From Candidatus Woesearchaeota archaeon (GTDB taxonomy: Archaea; Nanobdellota; Nanobdellia; UBA10117): a DNA stretch of 64,000 nt. Position numbers and translations under genes: made by a program. Positions 36,722 through 43,551 of the stretch are shown piece by piece (position 1 is the stretch's first letter; the number at the start of each line of letters is the position of its first letter). The stretch covers positions 85,392-149,391 of the forward strand of contig CAYGXM010000001.1 of the NCBI GenBank assembly GCA_964354105.1. The letters run 5' to 3'. The notes beneath the pieces were generated by a model. That model saw only the letters and a program-made list of their open reading frames with translations. It did no database searches and had not been told where the DNA came from.

Positions 36722-37615
36722 ATGGATAGAGCACTTAGCGAACTCTTCAAACTCTTGGATATCAGTGATGAGGGCCTTTCTCAAGATCTTTTAGCCTTGG
36801 AAGCCAAATATGGAATAGGGGCGCCTCTCGTAGACTTAGGCACAGGCACCGAAACATTAGCCCTTGAAGCGGCGCCAGAAGGCGGGCTTTTCTGTTGCCT
36901 GCTCTATGATTCCAGAGGATTTGAAGAGAGCAAAGAAGAAAAAGCCCTAGAAATAGGAGCCCATTTAGAACATAAAATAGAGCAACTTTCGCATGATAAG
37001 GTAATTGAAGTAGAAAAAACATTTGGCTTGGGCCCAATCTGCAGACTTAGTTATGGTTATGCCTACCCACCTGTCCACTATGATATATGGTTTGGGAAAA
37101 GCCTAGAAGATAGCCTCCATCTTCACGCTGAAACAGAAATAAACGGCAACTTTGAATTCTATTCTTTAGAAAAAGGCATGGTAAAGCCGGCATCACCTGC
37201 GTTGCAAGATGTCCTGACGTGGTTTTCAGGCTCCCGCATAGAACTCTCTAAGCCTGACAGCAGTGAATTTTATTCCTGCAAGGACGGCAAGATAGAACTG
37301 CAGAAAGGCCAGTTGAATAAGGCCACGCAAGAACTTGCAACAAAAATAATGGCGGCAACTCCTGCCAGCCTGTTAAATTATCTAAAACAAAAAGGCATAA
37401 CTGTTTTTGTTTGGAGCAAACCTCATTTACAAGAGATTTATGCGACAAAAGCAATTGGAAGGTACCTGCCCGAAAATAAATTTTTGGCACAAGCGCTAAA
37501 CCAGCCGCCAAAATTTAATACTGAAATTGAAACGCTCAAAATCTCTGATGTCCAGCGCGAGCTGCAGTACAGCCTGCAACAAATAAGCGAGATTTACGAA
37601 CAGCTAAATAAGTAG
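36722..37615 (+). CDS. hypothetical protein
   Basis: 297-aa ORF with its own TATA-like element; locally higher GC. Confidence 0.5.
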   Translation: MDRALSELFKLLDISDEGLSQDLLALEAKYGIGAPLVDLGTGTETLALEAAPEGGLFCCLLYDSRGFEESKEEKALEIGAHLEHKIEQLSHDKVIEVEKTFGLGPICRLSYGYAYPPVHYDIWFGKSLEDSLHLHAETEINGNFEFYSLEKGMVKPASPALQDVLTWFSGSRIELSKPDSSEFYSCKDGKIELQKGQLNKATQELATKIMAATPASLLNYLKQKGITVFVWSKPHLQEIYATKAIGRYLPENKFLAQALNQPPKFNTEIETLKISDVQRELQYSLQQISEIYEQLNK

Positions 37616-37626
37616 CTTTATATTAA
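37611..37626 (+). promoter_or_regulatory. BRE/TATA-like promoter of 37646..38173
   Basis: AGTAGCTTTATATTAA, 29 nt upstream of the ATG. Confidence 0.4.
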
Positions 37627-37645
37627 TCCTTGTTTTAATTAAAGC

Positions 37646-38173
37646 ATGCCGCAATCATCTTCCCCGCAATTACAGCAGCTGCACGACTTGTCTGCAGAAG
37701 TGAGGAATTATATCAGCGAGAACCTTATGGATTTTTTGGATGAGAAGCATACCGAAGAGCTGAACAAGAAAATGAACAGCAGCAATGCAGTGGTTTCTGT
37801 TGTATTGCAGCCTGTTGAAGCTTTTGAGCTTGAAGTAAAGCATAAGCTATCAAATGCTGCACACGAAATTCTTCAGTGCATTAACAGGGTTGAAGATTCA
37901 CGGAAACAAAATACGGACTTAGATGTTGCAAATTTCCTTAGATATGCCAGGCTGAATCTGGAAGAAGCTGAAAAAGATATGGATGCAGCAAAATCGGCCT
38001 GGGATTCATTAAATCTGTACACCAGCAGGATTGAGAAGCAAAATGTGCAATTGGCAACAGCTGTAAATGGAATTGCAGAACAGCTGATTAATATGCTGGA
38101 GCAGACAAAGAATTATAGGAAAGAATTGTATGAAAAAATACTGATGGCCTTAAATGCCATCATGGCAGGTTAG
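37646..38173 (+). CDS. hypothetical helical protein
   Basis: 175-aa ORF with its own TATA-like element. Confidence 0.45.
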   Translation: MPQSSSPQLQQLHDLSAEVRNYISENLMDFLDEKHTEELNKKMNSSNAVVSVVLQPVEAFELEVKHKLSNAAHEILQCINRVEDSRKQNTDLDVANFLRYARLNLEEAEKDMDAAKSAWDSLNLYTSRIEKQNVQLATAVNGIAEQLINMLEQTKNYRKELYEKILMALNAIMAG

Positions 38174-38195
38174 TTGATAGGTGATAAGTGATAAA

Positions 38196-38483
38196 ATGGT
38201 AGACTTAAGGGGCTTGAAGGAGATAAAATACAAAACTGCAGAACTGGCAGAATGGATAAAAGTAGCGTATGGTGCCGAAGAATCGATTATGCAACTTTCA
38301 ACATACATCAAGGACCTAACTTACAAGCGCTTAGGAACAAAAGACCTGACGCATCGGGCAAAATATGATCTTGAAATTGCAAAGCTGGAAAAGCACAGGG
38401 CAGCGCAGGAATTAAGGAAATCAAAAGCATTCAATGAATCGAAAGATGCAGTAAAACTAATTGTAGATAAACTTGGCAGATAG
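38196..38483 (+). CDS. hypothetical protein
   Basis: ATG at 38196 (MVDLRGLKEIKYK). Confidence 0.4.
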   Translation: MVDLRGLKEIKYKTAELAEWIKVAYGAEESIMQLSTYIKDLTYKRLGTKDLTHRAKYDLEIAKLEKHRAAQELRKSKAFNESKDAVKLIVDKLGR

Positions 38484-38507
38484 AATTATAGAAAAACTAG
38501 AAAATAA

Positions 38508-39239
38508 TTAACCGCCGGTTGTACCTTGGGCTTGTCGTTGATAAGGGATTAATATGTATGACTGTCCATCCATTTCAGCTGAGTGCACATTTCCACGAGG
38601 CGTGTTAATTTGCCCAGCATAAGTTATCTGTGGCACTTGCGGATTAGCCGGAGCAGGTGGTGTTGGAGCAGGTGGTGTTACCGGAGGTGTTGCCGGAGTT
38701 GTGGCAGTGGTTGTTGCAGGAGTTGTAGTTCCTGCTGGAGTTGCGTTCTTTACAAAATATCCTTTTCTTTGTACAAGAGCTTTGTATATTTTTTGCAGGT
38801 CTTTTGCAATAACTTTTTCAGGAACAGCTTCATCACAGACATGTTTTATTGTTACTTTTCCATTATCTATGACAAGTTCAACATGTCTCTTGTAATCAGC
38901 CCTGAATGGGCTTTCTAAATTATAAGTGGCTGTAACTTTACCATCTTTTTCATCTACTTTGTAATAGCCAGACCATTTACCAAATATTCCAACTAAGCTT
39001 GTATAGCCAAATCTGCTTGCTAAACTGTCAGCAAGCCTTTTTGCATCCTTTTTGTCAGCTAATTGAGTATAATTTGCAGTGTATTCAGGATTGTGTTTTA
39101 CAACAATATCTTCAAGCTTGTATGCATTTGTTAAGCCCCAAGTTCCAGGAATTTTAGCGGTTGGTTGTTCCGGTTTGGTGAAGTTAAAGAACTGGCTATC
39201 AATAGCGTCAAACTTTTTCCATCCGCCAAAGCCTAACAT
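38508..39239 (-). CDS. hypothetical protein with Thr/Pro-rich linker
   Basis: 243 aa, containing TPAGTTTPATTTATTPATPPVTPPAPTPPAPANP. Last gene of a 3-gene minus-strand unit. Confidence 0.5.
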   Translation of the reverse strand: MLGFGGWKKFDAIDSQFFNFTKPEQPTAKIPGTWGLTNAYKLEDIVVKHNPEYTANYTQLADKKDAKRLADSLASRFGYTSLVGIFGKWSGYYKVDEKDGKVTATYNLESPFRADYKRHVELVIDNGKVTIKHVCDEAVPEKVIAKDLQKIYKALVQRKGYFVKNATPAGTTTPATTTATTPATPPVTPPAPTPPAPANPQVPQITYAGQINTPRGNVHSAEMDGQSYILIPYQRQAQGTTGG

Positions 39240-39240
39240 T

Positions 39241-39690
39241 TTAGTTAACTCCCTGAGCTTCTAGAACGAGTTTTGCAATATTTTCATATTTTATTTGAAA
39301 TTCTTTCAACTCACTTTTACCTTCTTTGATAATTTGCTGATAGTCCCTATCTCCAGCAGCCGTTATTGCTTGAAGTATGTCTTCAATATCTACGTTAAAG
39401 TATTTTGCAAAATCCCTAGCACGCTCTGCATAGACCTCTCCACACGTCTTATTTTCAACAGAACATCCCGTTCTTGCACTACGGTATGCGGTTAAATTAT
39501 GATATAAGCCGTTTAAACAAGCTGTTTGTTTTGGGCCCGGATCAACTATATGACCCTTTTGCAATACAATCGGATTCTTACCAGCGAATATAATTCCATC
39601 TTCTTTTGGGAGGTTACTTGAATAAAAAGGCCATAAATCTACCTCAGACATTCTTTTTTCCTTGAAAAGCCCTTTGAACAGACCTACCAT
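39241..39690 (-). CDS. hypothetical protein
   Basis: The ORF-track ORF is trimmed to the ATG at 39690 (MVGLFKGLFKEKR), which follows the AbrB-like ORF stop. Confidence 0.45.
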   Translation of the reverse strand: MVGLFKGLFKEKRMSEVDLWPFYSSNLPKEDGIIFAGKNPIVLQKGHIVDPGPKQTACLNGLYHNLTAYRSARTGCSVENKTCGEVYAERARDFAKYFNVDIEDILQAITAAGDRDYQQIIKEGKSELKEFQIKYENIAKLVLEAQGVN

Positions 39691-39694
39691 TGCT

Positions 39695-39829
39695 TTAGCC
39701 TCCAAGTATATCTAGCGTTACCTTAACGAGTGTGCCTGGTTTAAGCACGTCTTTCAGCAAACTAGGTATAACTAAGACTGCTTGCTTGCCTTGCTTGGCT
39801 ATCTTTTTTGTTATTGTATACTGTTGCAT
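39695..39829 (-). CDS. small SpoVT/AbrB-like (MazE-type swapped-hairpin) protein; not in the supplied ORF track
   Basis: 44-aa ORF MQQYTITKKIAKQGKQAVLVIPSLLKDVLKPGTLVKVTLDILGG. The pattern xxxVxIPxxLxxxLxLKPGxxVxV is typical of the AbrB fold. Confidence 0.5.
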   Translation of the reverse strand: MQQYTITKKIAKQGKQAVLVIPSLLKDVLKPGTLVKVTLDILGG

Positions 39830-39942
39830 TTTATGTTCCTCTTATAATTACTATATAGAAAGGATATTTATAAAGGTTTCGGTTAGGCCTTTTAGCTTTT
39901 TTCACCACAAGGCTTATATATTCAATATAGTAATTATGCTGA

Positions 39943-40521
39943 ATGGTAAAGGAAGAGTTTACAGATACAGACGGCAAAACGTATCGAAAAGCGTACGGCT
40001 TCTGGTACGAACGACAGCCAGAAAATGGTGTTTTTATTATAGTTTCATACCAAAACCTCGAAAACCAAAAAATACAGCAAAGGTTTGAGAGGTCACAAGG
40101 GCTTGAAGATAAGTTAACTTTTGTATTTCCAGGTCGTATAAACGGAAAAGGTTATGCTCTGAAGGGTGGTGAAGTAGTTTATGAAGTTTGGCCGCTTCCT
40201 GCCCGTACTAAAGACGATAAAGATTCTCGTCCAATATTAGAGGCTTTGGGCTTTAAAATTCTGAAATCTCCCGAAGGCGGATTTGATGATATTTACACAG
40301 TTCAAGCTCCAGAAGACTTAGTTTGCGAGGACGATACGCTCTATGGCCAAATTTACATAAAAGATAAAAACGGAAAGGAGCTGCTGGATCTAAAGCAGCC
40401 AAGTCATTGGCTTTATGATTGGAACTCTGCGCTTACTCTAACTAAAGATGGTGAGCGTTTCGTAATGGAAAAGCACAAAAGCGAATCTGGAACAAAGCCA
40501 AATTTAGTAGCACAAAACTGA
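39943..40521 (+). CDS. hypothetical protein
   Basis: 192-aa ORF, divergent from the AbrB-like unit. Confidence 0.45.
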   Translation: MVKEEFTDTDGKTYRKAYGFWYERQPENGVFIIVSYQNLENQKIQQRFERSQGLEDKLTFVFPGRINGKGYALKGGEVVYEVWPLPARTKDDKDSRPILEALGFKILKSPEGGFDDIYTVQAPEDLVCEDDTLYGQIYIKDKNGKELLDLKQPSHWLYDWNSALTLTKDGERFVMEKHKSESGTKPNLVAQN

Positions 40522-40545
40522 GCTTTTCAACAAGACCAAAGAGGG

Positions 40546-40560
40546 ATAACATTTATATTC
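40546..40560 (+). promoter_or_regulatory. BRE/TATA-like promoter of 40583..41194
   Basis: ATAACATTTATATTC, 32 nt upstream of the ATG. Confidence 0.4.
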
Positions 40561-40582
40561 TACATACATCTTAGAAAACATA

Positions 40583-41194
40583 ATGGCCATAAACTTTCTA
40601 GCACAACTAGGGATTGGAACTATGCCTGCGAATGCGGGGCCTTTAGACATGGTTATTGCAATGCTGCAGAATTTCGGCTTTTTTAGGGTCATATTACCAT
40701 TTTTATTAGTGTTTGCGGTCATCTATGCAGTTCTGGCGAAAACAGAAGTGCTCGGCACCACAAAATCTGCAAAGAGCGCAGCAGCAATTGTAGCATTAGT
40801 CTCAGCATTTTTAGTAATTGTTTATACTCCTGTTGTTAGCGCAATTGCAACATTAATGCCACAGGCTTCATTCTTGATAATAATCGTAGTTTTGCTGTTG
40901 ATGGTTCTTGGAATGTTTGGAATCACATTTGGAGAAAAGGGCCCATGGGCAGGAAAACCAACTACGTTGTACATAATAGCAGCCATTGTCTTGGTGCTTT
41001 TTGTTGTGATGGTTGGCTATATATTAGGGCCGGATGTTCCTTTGCTGTATGGATTCAGCCAGCTCTTGATGGGCGCTCTTCCTGTAACAGGAGAAGTTCC
41101 TGCGGAAACTGTTGCACTGATTATTGGCCTGATAATAATCTTTGGAATAGTCGGCGGCGTAATCTACATGGTTACAAGGTCTGAAAAGCCTTAG
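40583..41194 (+). CDS. polytopic membrane protein, paralog of 41378..41974
   Basis: Contains FGFFRVILPFLLVFAVIYAVLAKTEVLG and ends in YMVTRSEKP. Confidence 0.55.
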   Translation: MAINFLAQLGIGTMPANAGPLDMVIAMLQNFGFFRVILPFLLVFAVIYAVLAKTEVLGTTKSAKSAAAIVALVSAFLVIVYTPVVSAIATLMPQASFLIIIVVLLLMVLGMFGITFGEKGPWAGKPTTLYIIAAIVLVLFVVMVGYILGPDVPLLYGFSQLLMGALPVTGEVPAETVALIIGLIIIFGIVGGVIYMVTRSEKP

Positions 41195-41243
41195 TTATTA
41201 TATGTTAGAGTTTTGTTGAAAGTCGCTTTTACTAAAGGGAATG

Positions 41244-41335
41244 CTTTAATGTTAATAACAGCCAGAGCTTGAGGCATAATAGCCAGCAGACTTTATTTCT
41301 GTATGATTTATACGATGTTAGAACTTGACCTTTGT
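41244..41335. repeat. intergenic repeat family 1, copy a
   Basis: Aligns with 57867..57966. Core: CTTAATGTTAATRACMGCYAGARCTTRAKGCATAWTAGCCAGCARACTTT, about 85% identical over the first ~50 nt. Confidence 0.7.
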
Positions 41336-41377
41336 AGCAGTAAACTTTTATAATGCCATTTCTGTAATAATACAGAT

Positions 41378-41974
41378 ATGGCCACGCTTGTTGATGCTCT
41401 TGGCGTCTTGAAAGGATTTGGTATCTATGACACTATTCTGCCGTTTCTGCTGATAATGGCAGGAACATATGCAATTCTTGTAAAATACGAGCCGTTTGGC
41501 AAAATTAAAGGAGTGAATGCGTTAGTCGCAACAATTGTCGGTCTGGTGTTTATTTCATTTGCAAAAGCCGTGCTATTCCTTAATTTATTGATACCGGCAA
41601 TGACAATATTTTTGCTTTTGCTGATTATGGCCCTTTTAGTGTTTACTTTCATAGGAATTAAGGGAGAGACGATTGCAAAAACATTTCAGGAGACACCAGC
41701 TGCCTTCGGCATATTAATCCTGATGTTTGTTGTTGTAATATTTGTAGTTGCCAGCTCGACTCTGCCTGAAGTTTCATTATTCATCCAGAATCCGGTTTTA
41801 GCACAACAATTAAACATAAGCCCGACCGGCGGAGCGACTCCAACAGCACAGGCAGCAACTTGGCTGATGTTCCAGATGACGCAAGTACTTCTCAGCCCGC
41901 AAATTCTAGGCTTGATTACAATGTTGGTTGTATTTGGAATTGCAGCTTATTTGATTACAAGAGAAAAAGATTAG
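41378..41974 (+). CDS. polytopic membrane protein, paralog of 40583..41194
   Basis: Contains FGIYDTILPFLLIMAGTYAILVKYEPFG and ends in YLITREKD. Confidence 0.55.
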   Translation: MATLVDALGVLKGFGIYDTILPFLLIMAGTYAILVKYEPFGKIKGVNALVATIVGLVFISFAKAVLFLNLLIPAMTIFLLLLIMALLVFTFIGIKGETIAKTFQETPAAFGILILMFVVVIFVVASSTLPEVSLFIQNPVLAQQLNISPTGGATPTAQAATWLMFQMTQVLLSPQILGLITMLVVFGIAAYLITREKD

Positions 41975-41980
41975 TTAAGG

Positions 41981-42030
41981 GTTAACTCAAAAGCTTTAGC
42001 TTTTGAGGGATAGAAAACAAAGTTTTCTAT
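41981..42030 (-). repeat. intergenic repeat family 3, inverted copy
   Basis: The reverse complement reads ATAGAAAACTTTGTTTTCTATCCCTCAAAAGCTAAAGCTTTTGAGTTAAC. Confidence 0.55.
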
Positions 42031-42085
42031 AAGTCTTAACATCAAGCTTTGCGGAAATTACGAAATCAAACCTTAACAGATTCCC

Positions 42086-42730
42086 TCACCGTTTTCTTTT
42101 CCGTTTAGGTTTCCTTATTCCTTTTTCTTTTGCTTCTCCTACCAATTCCTGCAGCTCCTTGATGTTTTCTGTAAATGAAGGCAGGACTGTCCCAAAAACT
42201 TTCTGCATGGCCTTTAATTCAGTGCCAACATCAGAAATTCCTTTTCCGTATTCCTCAACTTTCCCAAGAACTTCCTGTATGACCATATCCATCTTTTTCT
42301 CTACATTAGAGATGCGCTCCTGCATGCCTGAAATTGTTGAAGAAATATCTTCCTGGGATCTTTTAATCTCGTCAAAGTCTCTGCTGAATTTCTGCCATCT
42401 TTCAGCAATGATGGCTTCTGCAATCTCTTCAATTTCTGCAGTCGTTGTTCTCCTTTCTGTTACTAAAGGAGCAGACGGCCTGAAAACTGGAGGAGAAGGA
42501 ATCGGCGGCAATTGTTGAAATTGTTGCGGCGGTCCTGCAGGCCTCATTTGGGAAGCTTGCATCCCTGCCAAAACATCAGCTGATGTAAAGCCTCTTGTTG
42601 TCAAATCCCTCATTTGAGGCTGCGATATAGACGGAGAAATAGGCGGGAGTTCAGGTATTTCAGGCAAGTTGCCAAAATCCATCGGCATTTCAGGTAATGC
42701 TTCTGGTTCTTTTCTCTTAAACAAAGCCAT
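42086..42730 (-). CDS. Pro-rich N-terminus + coiled-coil protein with poly-basic tail (MALFKRK family)
   Basis: Sequence MALFKRKEPEALPEMPMDFGNLPEIPELPPISPS... then a helical C-terminal half and KPKRKRKR. Confidence 0.5.
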   Translation of the reverse strand: MALFKRKEPEALPEMPMDFGNLPEIPELPPISPSISQPQMRDLTTRGFTSADVLAGMQASQMRPAGPPQQFQQLPPIPSPPVFRPSAPLVTERRTTTAEIEEIAEAIIAERWQKFSRDFDEIKRSQEDISSTISGMQERISNVEKKMDMVIQEVLGKVEEYGKGISDVGTELKAMQKVFGTVLPSFTENIKELQELVGEAKEKGIRKPKRKRKR

Positions 42731-42734
42731 TTGG

Positions 42735-43244
42735 TTAACTGCCTCCTTGCTCTTTTACTTTAATGCCGTGCTCTTTTAAAATGCTTTGCACCATTGTTTT
42801 TACTTCAGCTCTGGTAACAAATTGCAAAGGCTGCCAGAGTTCCACGTATCTTTCCAGAACCTTAACCTCTTCTTTTGAAGCAAGAGCTTCCATTCTTTTT
42901 GCAATTCGTTCAGTCATATCCTTCAAAGCATCAATATCTGCGCGGAGGGAGCGCATGCCATCTTCAACATCCCTAAGTTCAGAAATTACAGACTTGTGTT
43001 TTTCAATCAAACTGCTGTCAATAAGTTCAAGGTGCCCTCTTAAGTTGTCAGTTTTTTGCTCCAATAATTTAACTCTCGCCGCAATGTTAAGAACAGTTTC
43101 AGAAACTTTTTTCTCTAGAGCTTCCAGCTCGGGGGGCAGTCTCCTTTCCATAGGGGGAGCTTGCTGCGACATAGGTATGAATGCAGAGGCTGGCGCTGGT
43201 GCAGTCGTTTTTTGAGGAGAAAATAGGCCATCTGGCATATACAA
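42735..43244 (-). CDS. coiled-coil protein
   Basis: 169 aa with a TATA-like sequence 25-30 nt upstream. Divergent from the pilus ATPase gene. Confidence 0.5.
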   Translation of the reverse strand: MYMPDGLFSPQKTTAPAPASAFIPMSQQAPPMERRLPPELEALEKKVSETVLNIAARVKLLEQKTDNLRGHLELIDSSLIEKHKSVISELRDVEDGMRSLRADIDALKDMTERIAKRMEALASKEEVKVLERYVELWQPLQFVTRAEVKTMVQSILKEHGIKVKEQGGS

Positions 43245-43362
43245 TCATATTAAATGGAGCTATAAAAACACTGTGGCACTGTTGCCAGATGGCAACTATT
43301 TGAATCTGTTAAAGCCTGAGAGAGCATTCCTGAAACAGCTTAGTGGAAGATTAAGCTTTTCT

Positions 43363-43432
43363 GATGCAAACAAAACCTCGAAAATTTTGTTTGCACAGCG
43401 AAATATGGGTTTCGCTTGTGTTAAGAGCTAAC
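43363..43432. repeat. intergenic double-hairpin repeat family 2, copy b
   Basis: Sequence GATGCAAACAAAACCTCGAAAATTTTGTTTGCACAGCGAAATATGGGTTTCGCTTGTGTTAAGAGCTAACC. Hairpins are GCAAACAAAA/TTTTGTTTGC and AGCGAAA/TTTCGCT. Confidence 0.75.
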
Positions 43433-43551
43433 CTTCAGTAGTCAACTTATCCTTGCAGCAAGCTTATTAAATTCAGATAACTTTGTTTTAATCGAGGTAT
43501 CAAGGCAGAGCTAAACTGCTATTTAGCTAGTTTGCTCGCAAGGCTACGCAA

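Noticed and set aside
38620-38730. Tandem-looking GGTGTTG/GGAGTTG repeats
   Set aside because: This is the coding sequence (minus strand) of the Thr/Pro-rich linker of 38508..39239, not a non-coding repeat or CRISPR-like array.
39732-40088. 118-aa + strand ORF spanning the divergent promoter region
   Set aside because: It overlaps the AbrB-like ORF in antisense and the true start of 39943..40521 in another frame. It crosses AT-rich promoter sequence.
42086-42730. ESCRT-III/PspA-like interpretation of the MALFKRK / MAFFKKK N-termini
   Set aside because: The N-terminal pentapeptide resembles MGLFGK-type starts of ESCRT-III/PspA. However, it is followed by about 100 aa of Pro-rich disorder, not the helical hairpin. 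The evidence is too thin without a profile search.
43361-43432. C/D-box sRNA interpretation of the intergenic repeats (CTGATGC / GCTGATG motifs)
   Set aside because: There is no canonical RUGAUGA C box paired with a CUGA D box at the right spacing, and no terminal stem. The motif resemblance is partial.
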